The notes under the pieces were generated by a model that saw only the letters and a list, made by a program, of their open reading frames with translations, was not told the origin of the DNA and searched no databases. A DNA stretch of 64,000 bases from a candidate division FCPU426 bacterium (GTDB taxonomy: Bacteria; Oederibacteriota; Muellerivitia; Muellerivitales; Muellerivitaceae), in the NCBI GenBank assembly GCA_963796105.1, contig CAWCKJ010000013.1, positions 1 to 64,000 of the forward strand. The letters are read 5' to 3'. The position numbers and the translations under genes are program-made. Positions within the stretch are counted from its first letter, which is position 1; each line of letters begins with the position of its first letter. Of this stretch, positions 1 through 10,817 are shown one piece after another.

Positions 1-97
1 CAACCCCCAAAAGGGGTCCCCCTCAACATTCTCATCAGGCAATAATTTCTTAAAACGCTCTACTAAATCCTTTAATACGCGTTTCTTGTCCTTTTCT

Positions 98-463
98 TCA
101 ATCAACATGGCTCCAAGTATCCGACGGGTCTAATTTAGATCCGGCTTTTTCACGGCTGCTAACGGTTTTATGCCCGTTGCCGCCATAAACAGGGTCATAC
201 GGCAAAAGATCATGGATTGAACAGTCGAAAATTTTCGCGAGCCTGTACAAATACAAAATCTTGATTTGAATCGCTTTCGTTTTATGTTCCCATCGCCGGA
301 CTTCCCGGTCGCACGCATCCACTTTCTCGGCAAGATACTCTTGGCCGAAACCTTTTTCGGCCCTTTTAATGGCGATGATATGTTGGATTTCCATTAGGAA
401 CGATATTTCGGAAGGGTCTGAATAAGGCATTTGGAAATGGTAGTTCAAAACTAAAAGTGACAA
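98..463 (-). CDS. XRE-family helix-turn-helix regulator (true start may be ATG at 430 or 394)
   Basis: IKRAEKGFGQEYLAEKV...VRRWE...LYRLAKIFDCSIHDLL matches the Cro/C1 HTH pattern; divergent from the T4SS cluster. Confidence 0.8.
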   Translation of the reverse strand: MSLLVLNYHFQMPYSDPSEISFLMEIQHIIAIKRAEKGFGQEYLAEKVDACDREVRRWEHKTKAIQIKILYLYRLAKIFDCSIHDLLPYDPVYGGNGHKTVSSREKAGSKLDPSDTWSHVD

Positions 464-498
464 CAGGACATCAAAGTCCGGTGGACTTTGATGTCCTG
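464..498. promoter_or_regulatory. Perfect 16-bp inverted repeat, candidate operator
   Basis: CAGGACATCAAAGTCC-ggt-GGACTTTGATGTCCTG between divergent genes. Confidence 0.55.
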
Positions 499-597
499 GT
501 CAACGTTTTTATAAATAGTTAAAAATCTCATCCTTGACACAAAGGCAAAAGCAATTTGGTTAAAGGATGTTTATCTGTGGCGTTTATGGAGGGTTTT

Positions 598-1677
598 ATG
601 GAAAAAAAATCCGTTATCATTTTGAGAATATTGTTGGTCGCGTTTTCTGCTGTTGTTTGTTCAACGGGTTGTAAAAACAACGGTCCCTCCACACCTTACG
701 ATATTGCTTTTACTCCAACTCCCGTCCGCATTTATGGTGCTGTAAACGTCTTTGTTGAGGATAAGGGGATCGCCGTACCTAACCTGATGGTTAAGGCTAT
801 ACCGCCTTCCGGGGTAACGGTCTTCAGTCAATCGACCACGGCCAGTGGGATAGCCATATTCAACCCGCCATACCTGGAAGTGGGCAATTGGACTTTTGTG
901 GTCCCGGCTCAAACACCCTTCCCCTTCGCACCGAGCACGATCACCATGCCGGTATCAGTCGTCAATGAAACGGCCAACTTCAATTCGGCGGGGGCAACGC
1001 TTTATTTGACCCCGACCGTCCCGGAATCCTTCACTTCCACGAACCCTGGTGCGCCTTATACCTTCAACCTGATTTATAGCCAGCCAGGAAACCTTTTCAT
1101 ACCCGCCAAAATTGCTTTTTCACCATTTCCAAACAATTGGAGCGGTGCTTTTGGCCCGGCAACAATTGGTTTCGGGAATGCCGACACCGGCACGGTCACG
1201 GTCATAGCCAATAATTGCGTTGACCAGCAACCCAGTTTCGCCGTTACAGCCCTCGATTTTGAGCCCACGCCTTACCCCAGGGCTTTCAGCGCCCCGCAAA
1301 CAATCGTTAAAAATTTCAGCTCAAACGCGAAAGTAACCGTGACTAACACCCTCTTGGGAATCGGGACTTGCGGGAGCAATTATGCTTTTGAGTGGAGTGG
1401 GGAGCTTTATATCAGCGCCACGGATGCCTGCTCATCCTTCCAGGTTTGGTTTACGAGCGGAAATTGCTGTCTTACCAACGTTTCCATGGCCGGGCAGTCG
1501 GTTGCCACCCAAGATTGCGGCGGTCCGAAATTCATCCTTGGACCCGGCAATTACGGGTTCACCATGAACACCACCCAATATTCACCGACTTTATATGTTT
1601 CCTTCGAAGGGCAATCGGGTTCAGTCGCCGTCCCCGTCAGCGGCGGGAACGCTACGGCTTTTAATTATTCCTATTGA
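598..1677 (+). CDS. Lipoprotein, beta-rich, Cys-containing C-terminus, function unknown
   Basis: GGAGG RBS before ATG 598; basic N-terminus, hydrophobic stretch and STGC lipobox. Confidence 0.7.
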   Translation: MEKKSVIILRILLVAFSAVVCSTGCKNNGPSTPYDIAFTPTPVRIYGAVNVFVEDKGIAVPNLMVKAIPPSGVTVFSQSTTASGIAIFNPPYLEVGNWTFVVPAQTPFPFAPSTITMPVSVVNETANFNSAGATLYLTPTVPESFTSTNPGAPYTFNLIYSQPGNLFIPAKIAFSPFPNNWSGAFGPATIGFGNADTGTVTVIANNCVDQQPSFAVTALDFEPTPYPRAFSAPQTIVKNFSSNAKVTVTNTLLGIGTCGSNYAFEWSGELYISATDACSSFQVWFTSGNCCLTNVSMAGQSVATQDCGGPKFILGPGNYGFTMNTTQYSPTLYVSFEGQSGSVAVPVSGGNATAFNYSY

Positions 1678-1689
1678 AAGGATAGACCC

Positions 1690-2445
1690 ATGAAAAAATA
1701 TCTGTTTCTTGCGCTGGTTAGTTTGTTGGCAGGTTGTGACAAAGGGCCTTCCGGGCCGACAGGCCCCCAAGGAGCCACAGGACCAGGGTCCACGGCCTAC
1801 ACGGTTGAGTTTGAGAACGGGGTTTACCCGGACGCGGGGTACGCCGGTTGCGACTCTCATTGGATTGACGGAAACAACCCAAATAGCGCACCCGCGACGG
1901 GGGAAATCCAAGTCGGGTACGGGAACGGAACTTTCCAACCCTCGCTTGGACTTATCCGTTTTGACCTTTCCTATGGCTTGCCGGTGAACGCCAACATCAT
2001 GGCGGCAAGCCTTCAATTGACGACCGAAACGTCAACGATCTTATCCGGGGTTAGCGATGTTTTTGGTGTCCACCAAGTTATCCCACCCCCTGCCGGACAA
2101 ATCACCTGGAACGACTCAAGCACCTGGAACGTAGTGGTTTCTCCCTACGGCTGGGACGGAGGTACCAGCTCCCCTATCACGGTCGGGACGGATTACGCGA
2201 GCACCCCTATGGACGCGGTGACGGTAACCCCTGCCCAAGTAAATTCAAACCAAGTCCTTTTAGCATGGAACATCACGCCTACATTGGCCCAGGTTTGGGC
2301 GAATAAGAGCAACAACAACTATGGAATTTTAATTTCGCCTGAACCCGAAACCACCGGAACGCTATCAGGATTTATCACCTTTTGGGACAACACCGGAAAT
2401 AGCCAGCAGAAGCCGAGGTTGCTGGTCACCTACACCATTCCATAA
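1690..2445 (+). CDS. Lipoprotein with short collagen-like segment and DNRLRE-like domain
   Basis: LAGC lipobox; GPSGPTGPQGATGPG; LIRFDLS..LP.NA.I..ASLQL, NNYGILI and KPRLLVTY motifs. Confidence 0.7.
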   Translation: MKKYLFLALVSLLAGCDKGPSGPTGPQGATGPGSTAYTVEFENGVYPDAGYAGCDSHWIDGNNPNSAPATGEIQVGYGNGTFQPSLGLIRFDLSYGLPVNANIMAASLQLTTETSTILSGVSDVFGVHQVIPPPAGQITWNDSSTWNVVVSPYGWDGGTSSPITVGTDYASTPMDAVTVTPAQVNSNQVLLAWNITPTLAQVWANKSNNNYGILISPEPETTGTLSGFITFWDNTGNSQQKPRLLVTYTIP

Positions 2446-2540
2446 GGGAGATAAAGGCATGCCCCGATTATCCGTTTTTAAAAGCTTAAAGGTAATCGGG
2501 ACTATGCCGACCTCCTTTAAGAATATATTTGGAGGTCGGT

Positions 2541-3766
2541 ATGAAAACTGAAGCGTTGGTTTTAGTGGTTTTGATATTCGCTTTTTCTGGTAGCGCGTTC
2601 GCCAAGAAAGCACCGACCGAAACTCCCACCCCAAACCCGAGTTCTACGCCCACTCCGGCACCCAAGCCGGTTTGGGTGCCGCCCTCCACATGTGGACAAC
2701 GACTCCAAGGCCCTTAACGCGACCGTCGCGGCCCATTACTCAAGTGATGCTACGGGGACTTCGGGATATTCCTTATTTGACCTGTCCGCCGTCCGGAAGC
2801 TCGACGAGAACGACGTTTCGGCCCTTGGGACGGTCCGTTTCATGAAGGATTTTTCAAGCTCGGATGACGTCGGGGAAATCCAACTCAGGGAAGCGAATTT
2901 CTCCCTCTCGGAACCGTGGATAGAGGTAAGGGTTGGCCGGATGGATTTGTCCGACATCGCCAGTACGACCCATTTTTTCGGCAGGTATCCCCTGATGGGT
3001 TTACGGCGGCTGGATGGGATCAAAGTTTATATCCCATTCAAGTTTTTCTTTGGGGTGGAGGATTACAAGAGCGTTTCCAGCCCGCCGACTTCGTTGAGTT
3101 TCTTCTATTTTCCTACGCTTCTTTCGGCCCAGGACGCCGTCCTGGACGGTTCCCAAGGGTATTTTATGGGGCAGGCCCGAATGAAGCTCAATTTTGGGGA
3201 TCTCCGGACGGTCCTACTTTTCAATTTGGGGGGCAGCGCGTCGGATGATTTCCAGTATTCCTCGGTAAGCGGTAACCCGGCCTATTCCATTTGCGGGGAA
3301 GCCAATTTCTCAAGGGATTACACCCTTTACTTCGAGTACGGCGTTCAGGATTCCGCGCATTCCGGCGACACGAACGCCTTCACCTTTGGGGCAAGGGCCG
3401 AGCACCTATTCACGTTTGATTTCCTGTCCCTGGACCGGATCATCCTGGAAATGCAAGTTCCGATTGCCAGCAATCCCAATAATCCCTTTACGGGTGGGAA
3501 TGGAATTAACCCGCCGACCGGAGGGTTGCCCCAGAACGCTTTGTACGGGAAGGCCCGGATTCGAATCCGCTCCATTTTCATCGACTTCAACATCACCGAT
3601 TCCGTGGGTGATTTCACCTTCGCGCGGTTGAACCAAAACAACATCAATACGCCGTTACCCATGCCGGTTGGGTGGCGGGAACGAGACGGACGGGCTTGAA
3701 ATCCCGCTCCTCTCGCCCGGTTACAACACCTACGTCTTTAGCGTGGATGCGGGGGTCCAGTTTTGA
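2541..3766 (+). CDS. Putative outer-membrane beta-barrel, reconstructed across two +1 frameshifts (~2682 and ~3670)
   Basis: Signal peptide in ORF 2541 joins ORF 2692; removing one G at ~3670 gives ...FSVDAGVQF-stop (terminal Phe), and the stop overlaps the next TTG start. Confidence 0.6.
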
Positions 3767-4269
3767 GGAAATTGATTCCCTTGTTCTTTTTAATCTTTTC
3801 TTCCGCATTTGCGGAGGAGAACCCTTTTGTGTCAATCCGGGAAAGGGACCAATGGGCCATTGAACAGGTCATGGAACATAAGGCTCCGGGCGACTATTGG
3901 GCAGGAAACCCAAGTGGGGGAATTTCCAGCACCCACCGGGGGAAAAAGGCCGAACCGGTGACGCCCCCCACCGCGACCCCTTTCCAGACCCAAACCTACA
4001 ATTTCCAAACCGAAACCGACGAAGCCAAGGTCAGCGCCTTGGTTACTAATTTAGGCCCCAATTTCATAATCGATATTTCATGCGACCAGACCATCCAGGG
4101 CTGGCTTTTGAAAAGGCAATCCGGAGGGGAAGTTTTCCTGAAAGGGGGAGCGCCAATGGACAACCCCTACAAGTGCCGGATCAGGGTGGACCGGCCCTAT
4201 ATCAAGGATTTTGGTTTGACGGTCTATGTCACCCAAGACAGCGATCCCGCATTCGTGCAGCTTTATTAA
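3763..4269 (+). CDS. Secreted hypothetical protein
   Basis: Signal peptide MRKLIPLFFLIFSSAFA; overlaps the upstream stop. Confidence 0.7.
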   Translation: MRKLIPLFFLIFSSAFAEENPFVSIRERDQWAIEQVMEHKAPGDYWAGNPSGGISSTHRGKKAEPVTPPTATPFQTQTYNFQTETDEAKVSALVTNLGPNFIIDISCDQTIQGWLLKRQSGGEVFLKGGAPMDNPYKCRIRVDRPYIKDFGLTVYVTQDSDPAFVQLY

Positions 4270-4282
4270 TTAAAGGTGAGTT

Positions 4283-4748
4283 ATGGAAAGCCAAAAACTA
4301 AAAACGGAAAGCTTGAAAATTTTCCATCCTTCCTTCTTCCAATACCTTTCCATTTTCATCGTTCCCTTGGCCTTGTTTCTCCTGGTTCCCCAGGGGGTCA
4401 AAGTTGCCTATGTCTTTCCGGCATTCTGGATTCTGGAAATATTCCTGCTTCTTTGCCTTTGGATTTTCCTAGCGACCACGAAATACATCATTCGACCGGA
4501 TTGGATCGAAATTAGGACCGGAATCCTGGTCAAGCGCTCCACGGCCATTCCTTTCGACAAGATCATCGATATCACCTGCAAACAAAACCTCGTCCAAAAG
4601 CTTTTCAACATCGGGGACCTCTTTATTGAAATCCCAGGTGTAGATCCTTTTGGAATCGTCCTAAGCGGGCGTCGAAAGGCACCAGGAGGTGGCGGAATTG
4701 TTATTCGCCAGGAAGGGAAAGGGAACGGAATGTCCCGATATTCAATGA
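4283..4748 (+). CDS. Membrane protein with bacterial PH (bPH_2/YdbS-like) domain; +1 frameshift at ~4668
   Basis: Two TM segments then TKYII...IEIRTGIL.KRSTAIPFDKIIDI...QNLVQKLFNIGDLFIE; removing one G gives LSGVERHQEVAELL...-stop at 4748. Confidence 0.7.
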
Positions 4749-4810
4749 AAAGAATGAATGAGGAAATCGGGACAATACCAACAACCTTGTCCATTTTATG
4801 GAAGGTTGGC

Positions 4811-5681
4811 ATGAATCGAATTTTTATAATCTTCCTCATTTTGTTTGTTGCCCACCCACCTGTGATTGCCTCCAACGATCCTGATGACCTCAAAACAGAG
4901 GAGGCACTGAAGGCAAATGTGGTTGATTTTAGGGATTGGCTGATGAAACAACTTTCCCAATTCCCAAAGGTTGAGGTGGCCCGTTCGTCCTTGGTTTCCA
5001 GGAATTACGCTTATAGTCCCCGGAAAAAACAATGCTTTACCGCCAGCCAATACAACCAAGCTTCGAAATCGGATTGGGTCAAATCCCAGGTTATGCAGGG
5101 CCTTTCCACCTTGAGCCAACAGCTTGCCAATACGGCTGGGACGGCTTTTGCGCCCCAAAGCGCGTCCCAGCTCCAACAATATTCAACCCAATTGCAGCAA
5201 AGTAACGATCCCCAGTTCCAACAGGTCGGGGCCCTTTACAGCCAGGAAGCCCAGGCCTTGCAAGCGGGCAACGTCCAAGGGGCCGACCAAGCGGCCAACC
5301 AGGTCGCCGCCGTTCCACAGCCTTACATCGCGCCCGGATATCAGCCCACCCAAAGCGAAAGCTCATTGGCGCAATCCTTCAACCAAATCGTCGGGACGGT
5401 CATTGCCAGCTTGAGCGGAATACTGGGGACCATGGCCGTGGCCCAGATATTACAAGCCCTTGGGATACCGAATTTAAGCTCGCTTTTGGGAGGCTCGGGA
5501 CAAGGAATTGGGTCATCAGCAGGGGCCGGACAAATCACCGGACCTGCCCTTAACAAATTCGGGAACCAATACGAACCAAGCTGGGGGAAGCGTTGGCCTA
5601 CAGCAATTGGGAGCTGTCACCGTAAAGTCACTTCAAAACCAGGGTTCCGCTAACGCGGGTGGGGCACCGCCAGCCCAATAA
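4811..5681 (+). CDS. Secreted Gln/Ala-rich protein (possibly VirB5-like); probable +1 frameshift at ~5555
   Basis: Own signal peptide MNRIFIIFLILFVAHPPVIAS; corrected frame ends at TAA 5681, just before the AAGGAG RBS of the next gene. Confidence 0.55.
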
Positions 5682-5697
5682 CTTTAAGGAGTTCAAA

Positions 5698-6060
5698 ATG
5701 GGAAAAAGAAAATGGTTTGTTTGGATTAAGACGGTCGGGATCACGGCTTGGCTTTTCATTTGCGCGGGTGAGGCAAGTCCCCAAGCCTTGACCAGTATGC
5801 CGGAATTATCGCCGGTCAAGACGATCATACTTTTTTTATTGGACGCTTACGGTCTTTGGAAGATTTTGCAGTGCGTCAAGAACGTCCTGGACCACCTAGC
5901 CGAATCCAGCAAGGGGGATATGACCGCCAAGGATAGGGTTTGGGGAAGCGTCCTTGCCATCGTGGGAATCCTCATGGCGGGAGTTGTTTTGAATGTCGTC
6001 ATCCTCAAGGCCGGTGAATTCGGAGCAAGGCCAGTCAGTTCCGTCTTGTCAGGAAATTGA
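5698..6060 (+). CDS. VirB2/TrbC-like pilin
   Basis: Signal-like N-terminus plus two hydrophobic helices around a charged loop; upstream of VirB6/B3/B4-like genes. Confidence 0.55.
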   Translation: MGKRKWFVWIKTVGITAWLFICAGEASPQALTSMPELSPVKTIILFLLDAYGLWKILQCVKNVLDHLAESSKGDMTAKDRVWGSVLAIVGILMAGVVLNVVILKAGEFGARPVSSVLSGN

Positions 6061-7956
6061 ATGGTTAAGTGGTTTCCACCTCTTATCTTAATTTTCCTAT
6101 TGGGAGCCACAAAGACTTATGCCCTATCGGTTTTGTCCACAGATAGTGGACCAACGTCCCAGACAATCGAGGAAGGGGTCTCGGCTGGGATCTTTGATTC
6201 CATGGCGAAACACGCGGGGGATTGGGTCGCCCAAGGGATGGATAAGATTGGGAATTGGGCCTTGCAGACTTTATTCGGGATTTACGACAAATATATCGGC
6301 ACCTTCCTTATATACATTCCGAATTTGGCCTCACCCAATACCTACACGGCCCTTTCAAGCAATGCGGGGGCAAACGCCGTCCAGGTGGTATTGAATCTCC
6401 TGAAGATTACCAGTGGGACGGGGCTTTTCATCCTCATCGTGGGGTTCGTGATCGACACGGGGCAGAGGTCGTCCGGCCTTTGGAACAGGTTTGTGGAACC
6501 GAACATCGTGATCGGATTCGTGGGGGCGTTTCTATGCCTTTTCGGCTGGCCGACCATTCTTTCCTACATGACGACCGGCATGACGGCCATGGGTTACTAC
6601 ATCTACAACCAGAACACATTGAGGACATCGGGGGTTTTGCAGGGGTTCCAGAATATCGACCTGAACTCGGGCGGTGGGACCAACGCCTTCCAGTTGTCGC
6701 AATATGACTTCCGGGGAAATTTCATCACGGTCCAGGGGATCACCTTTAATTTTATTTATCTGGTTGCCTTAGGGTTGGTGGTGATCGGCTTTTACAACTG
6801 CTATTCGGCGGTTTCGGCGGGGGAGTCCGAAAAAGGGAACCATCGGTTTTTCCAGGCCATGGCCGGGATCATTCTTATCCTTGGAATGCCCACCCTTGTC
6901 CACGTTCTCATTTCAAAGGGCGCAGATACCATCGGAAGCCAGCCGGTTATCCCTAGCCAGACCCAAAGCAACTTTTCGCTCCAAGGGTTAATCCAGGATA
7001 ACGGGATTCAATTCCCCCAGCAATCGGGACAGGCTTCTCCCAATATTGGGTCAGCAAGTAATACGGCGGCATCTCCACCGACAAGCCGGTTGGCCCAATT
7101 CTCGGCGGGACTTTTGAAATGTGGGGTCGCCATCTGGGGGCTCATCGTCTGTTTCTCGGTCATTTTCGCGAAGTTCTTCCAGGTGTTGAACCTGTGGGTG
7201 TTGTTCATCCTTGGCCCCATCTTCATCGGCTGTTTGGGGCACCCTTCGACGGCTCCCATCTTTTGGGGAGCGGCCCGTTACTTCGTGAAGCTTCTTCTCT
7301 ATTCGGTGATTTGGGCCATCACCTTGGTCGGACTTTACCTGATCCCAAACATCAATTGGGGGGTGGAAACCATCGGGGTCAACAGCCTTCTGACGGCGGT
7401 GGCGGTTCTTGCCGGCCTTCAACTGATCGCCAACGCCCATGAATTCGCGTCCCTTTTCACTGCCTTCAAGGGAGGGAATTTGAGCGGGGAGGGCTACAAA
7501 CAGTTCACCCGTGACACCAAGGGGGTTGCCGTAGGGGCAAATCAGGCAAGGCTTGGGACTTTTGGGGCAATGAAAAAGATGACAGGAGAAACCAGCCAAG
7601 CCATGGCTACCGCCTCTGGGGCGGCCATTGGTTCCATGATTCCTGGAGTTGGGACAGCCAGTGGTGCCTTGGCCGCGCAAAGGACCATGAAGGGTTTGAA
7701 CGTCATGGCGAAATTGGGTGGGATCGGCGGCAGACCCAAGCCGGAAGGCCAGGACAACCCGGTTTCAAATTTCCTCAAGAAGTTTTCAGGAGACTCCATC
7801 GCGGGAAGCCTGAAAAGGGATTCCCAAAACGAAGGGAGCCTATCCACTAATGAGAGGGAAAAACGCAAGCTCGTTTCCGATTACGCAAAGAAGCTCCAAC
7901 AAGGGAAAGACTATAAAAAGCCGGGACAGGGTCAACAGGAAAAGGGGACGGCTTAA
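6061..7956 (+). CDS. VirB6/TrbL-like polytopic T4SS membrane protein
   Basis: Many TM segments; ILGPIFIGCLGHPSTAPIFWGAARYF motif; Gly/Ala-rich tail. Confidence 0.7.
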   Translation: MVKWFPPLILIFLLGATKTYALSVLSTDSGPTSQTIEEGVSAGIFDSMAKHAGDWVAQGMDKIGNWALQTLFGIYDKYIGTFLIYIPNLASPNTYTALSSNAGANAVQVVLNLLKITSGTGLFILIVGFVIDTGQRSSGLWNRFVEPNIVIGFVGAFLCLFGWPTILSYMTTGMTAMGYYIYNQNTLRTSGVLQGFQNIDLNSGGGTNAFQLSQYDFRGNFITVQGITFNFIYLVALGLVVIGFYNCYSAVSAGESEKGNHRFFQAMAGIILILGMPTLVHVLISKGADTIGSQPVIPSQTQSNFSLQGLIQDNGIQFPQQSGQASPNIGSASNTAASPPTSRLAQFSAGLLKCGVAIWGLIVCFSVIFAKFFQVLNLWVLFILGPIFIGCLGHPSTAPIFWGAARYFVKLLLYSVIWAITLVGLYLIPNINWGVETIGVNSLLTAVAVLAGLQLIANAHEFASLFTAFKGGNLSGEGYKQFTRDTKGVAVGANQARLGTFGAMKKMTGETSQAMATASGAAIGSMIPGVGTASGALAAQRTMKGLNVMAKLGGIGGRPKPEGQDNPVSNFLKKFSGDSIAGSLKRDSQNEGSLSTNEREKRKLVSDYAKKLQQGKDYKKPGQGQQEKGTA

Positions 7957-8247
7957 ATGGCGATACCCCTTGAGAAGGAATCCAAAATGTGGGGCCTCTT
8001 TTATTCATCCGATTTCACCAAGCTGATGTTCGTTTTCATCGGGGACGCCTTGGCTTTCGTCGGCTTTATGGTCTTCTGGGGCCTGGAAGGGTCCCTTGTA
8101 ATCTTTTTCGGAATCCTCACCCTCGCCACCCTTTATTTCGTCATGAGGAGTTTTTGGCCTGAAAAGCACCTGGAAAACATCATCCGGTACAACAACGAAC
8201 CGAAGAACTACTTCCCCGGAGGGGAACCAAGTGAGTTGGAAACATGA
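7957..8247 (+). CDS. VirB3/PrgI-like small membrane protein
   Basis: 96 aa, two TMs, IP.....E.K.WGL start, stop overlaps the VirB4 start. Confidence 0.6.
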   Translation: MAIPLEKESKMWGLFYSSDFTKLMFVFIGDALAFVGFMVFWGLEGSLVIFFGILTLATLYFVMRSFWPEKHLENIIRYNNEPKNYFPGGEPSELET

Positions 8248-10817
8248 AAAGATTTTTCACTTCCAAGCCTAAGAACAACCCTGTCGCCGGGTTATTAAGG
8301 ATTCGGTCGGTCGGGCCGGGTTACCTCGTCTTGAGGAACCCGGAACAATACGCCTGCCTTTTCAAATTAGCCGGAGGGTTGGACCCCTGGATGGAAGACC
8401 CCGAAGTTTTAGCGGAAAAGGTAAGAAGGTTGGATTCGGTTTTGGCGGACTTGAGGAGCGGGGAGGAAGTCCAATTCTTGACTAAGAGGGTATTGGCCGA
8501 CGTTGAAGACGTTATCCGACGTTTTCAAGAAAGGATTCATGAGAATGCACCGGAGGTTTTCAGGAACCAATACCCCGAGTTTCTAAGGAACTGGCTCAGG
8601 CGGTTTTATTCCGATGAAAAGATTTGTCATTACCGCTCTTATGTCCTTTTTACCGTTCCCCCGCCACAGGGTTCAAAAAAACAAAAGGAAGCGAACACTA
8701 CACCCATTGAGGAAGTCCTTCGGCGCGGTAAATCCTGGGTTTCGCAACTCAATATCGTGGGTTTGGAGCCCCAGGAGGCCACCGAAGAGGAAATTATCAC
8801 CCTCTTATATGAGGAGTTATCACTGGAAAGATTCCGTGGGAATCCTGACAGGCTTCTTAAAGGCTCGGGTTATTCAGGGGGGGAATACGGGATTCAAACC
8901 TTAAGGGAAATGCTTTCTCCCATCCCCTGGGATTTTAGTGACCCGAAAGTTTTCAAAGTGGGTGAAAACTTTGGAAAAACCCTCTATGTGACGGAATTTC
9001 CTTCCTTCCATGAGCAGAACTTGTTTTTCCAAGAACTTTACGAACGCACCGACGATTTCAAGGTTTCCTTCTTTATCAAAGGGGTGGATTTGTTTCACGC
9101 CCAATCCATCGTGGAAAAACAGATCCAAAGCGACCAGGGAGCCTTGTGGAAACGAAAGAATGTGATGAACTTCGAGGCCCAAGCGGCGTTGGATTACCGC
9201 CAAAGCGTACTTTCACTCGTATCGGAAAGGAAAACATCACTTGCCAAGTTTTCCCTCTACATCACTTTGTTTTCCAAAAGCCAAAAGGAACTTTCTTCAA
9301 GCTATGAGAGCCTTTCCCGGATGTTCAAGAACGTCCATCCCCTTTCGGGATACGCGGAGCAAAAAAGGCTTTTCCTCTCGACGATCCCCCAGGCCACCGA
9401 CTTGGCGGGCCATGACCATCTACAGGCAACGGCGGTCATGGCTAACGCGATTCCTTGTTTATACGAGCCCCTGGCCGATACCGATGGGGTGCCAATAGGG
9501 AAAACCCTTTCGGGGGAAATGGTTCATCTAAACCTTTGGGGAAGGGAAACGGAAAACTGGAACGTGCTTGTCGTGGGGTCATCAGGCACGGGCAAGTCCT
9601 TCAGCATTAACCAGCTTCTCATCAAGAATCTTCCCATGAACCCTTACATCATGATTATCGACAAATCCCAATCGTATAAGACCCTTTGCCGCTTGGCGGG
9701 AGGCAGGTATCTCAACTACGACCTGGACAGCAAACACCACCTGAATATTTTCGATTATCCACTGGATGAGATAAAGGAGAAGGAAGGGGAGATCGACCCG
9801 GAGCATATTTCCAGCATCATCATGTATTTGGGGGTGGTGCTCGCAAACATCAAGGAAAACCGTATCGAGGAAACGGAGGAATTGGACAAGGCACTGATTC
9901 AGGAGGCCGTCAAGCAGACCTACCTGAACACCCTCACTGAGAACCGGGTGCCTCTTTTAACCGACCTCAAGGAAACACTCCTGAAGAAGGCGGAGGACAA
10001 GAAAGTTCCCGCCGAGTTCCAATATCTCTGCCGCAAGCAAGCCGAGGTCTTGAAACTCTTCACTGGAAAGGGGATGTACGCCAACCTGACGGACAGGGAA
10101 TCCACCATCAAAGCGGACAATTCTTTCATCGTATTCGATACGTCAGGTATCAGTGACAACGACAAGAAGGCCGTGGGTTTGGCCGTATTCGTCATTTCCA
10201 ATTACTGCCTTCAAAAGGCAAAACAGAACAAGGAATTGAACCGGCTCTCCCAACTCGCCATGGACGAGTGCTGGTATTTGGCCCAATACCCGGCTGGTTT
10301 AGCTTTCCTTCTTCGAATCGCCAAGACCGCAAGGCATTTGAGGCTTCAACCTATTTTCGCCACCCAGGAAATTGGGGAGTTTTTCGGGGTGAAGGGTGTT
10401 GAGGCCATCCTGAAGAACACATCAACCAAAATCCTCCTGAAGCTGGTAGGGGACGACATCGAGCACGCCAAGGGCCTGCTCCAATTGAATCCGACCCAAG
10501 TGGAAAAGGTCATGAATCTCCATTTGGTAAAAGGAGTCTATTCCCAAGCCCTCATCCACCAGACCCTCCGGCAGGGAATCGTGAATATCTACCCCGACGA
10601 ATTGGCCTACCACATCGCCACCACTTACGGGCCTGAAGCGGCAATCCGTGACCTCTATCTGGAAACTTACGCGCCGGATGAGGACCCGGTAGCGACTTTG
10701 GGAGCCATCGCCAAGTGGATAGAGGACAAGGAAAACAAAACGGTTTTAAAACCCACCCAAAAGGATAAAACCGGCCAGCCGAGTTCGAAAAAACCGGACG
10801 AGGTATTAATGAAATGA
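8244..10817 (+). CDS. virB4: VirB4/TraC-family T4SS ATPase
   Basis: Walker A GSSGTGKS, IIDKSQSY, Walker B LAMDECW, KTARH...FATQ. Confidence 0.9.
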   Translation: MKRFFTSKPKNNPVAGLLRIRSVGPGYLVLRNPEQYACLFKLAGGLDPWMEDPEVLAEKVRRLDSVLADLRSGEEVQFLTKRVLADVEDVIRRFQERIHENAPEVFRNQYPEFLRNWLRRFYSDEKICHYRSYVLFTVPPPQGSKKQKEANTTPIEEVLRRGKSWVSQLNIVGLEPQEATEEEIITLLYEELSLERFRGNPDRLLKGSGYSGGEYGIQTLREMLSPIPWDFSDPKVFKVGENFGKTLYVTEFPSFHEQNLFFQELYERTDDFKVSFFIKGVDLFHAQSIVEKQIQSDQGALWKRKNVMNFEAQAALDYRQSVLSLVSERKTSLAKFSLYITLFSKSQKELSSSYESLSRMFKNVHPLSGYAEQKRLFLSTIPQATDLAGHDHLQATAVMANAIPCLYEPLADTDGVPIGKTLSGEMVHLNLWGRETENWNVLVVGSSGTGKSFSINQLLIKNLPMNPYIMIIDKSQSYKTLCRLAGGRYLNYDLDSKHHLNIFDYPLDEIKEKEGEIDPEHISSIIMYLGVVLANIKENRIEETEELDKALIQEAVKQTYLNTLTENRVPLLTDLKETLLKKAEDKKVPAEFQYLCRKQAEVLKLFTGKGMYANLTDRESTIKADNSFIVFDTSGISDNDKKAVGLAVFVISNYCLQKAKQNKELNRLSQLAMDECWYLAQYPAGLAFLLRIAKTARHLRLQPIFATQEIGEFFGVKGVEAILKNTSTKILLKLVGDDIEHAKGLLQLNPTQVEKVMNLHLVKGVYSQALIHQTLRQGIVNIYPDELAYHIATTYGPEAAIRDLYLETYAPDEDPVATLGAIAKWIEDKENKTVLKPTQKDKTGQPSSKKPDEVLMK

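Noticed and set aside
4283..5653. 456-aa PH-domain/Gln-rich fusion ORF
   Set aside because: Produced by one extra G at ~4668; correcting it gives a normal bPH_2 end and a separate gene with its own signal peptide at 4811
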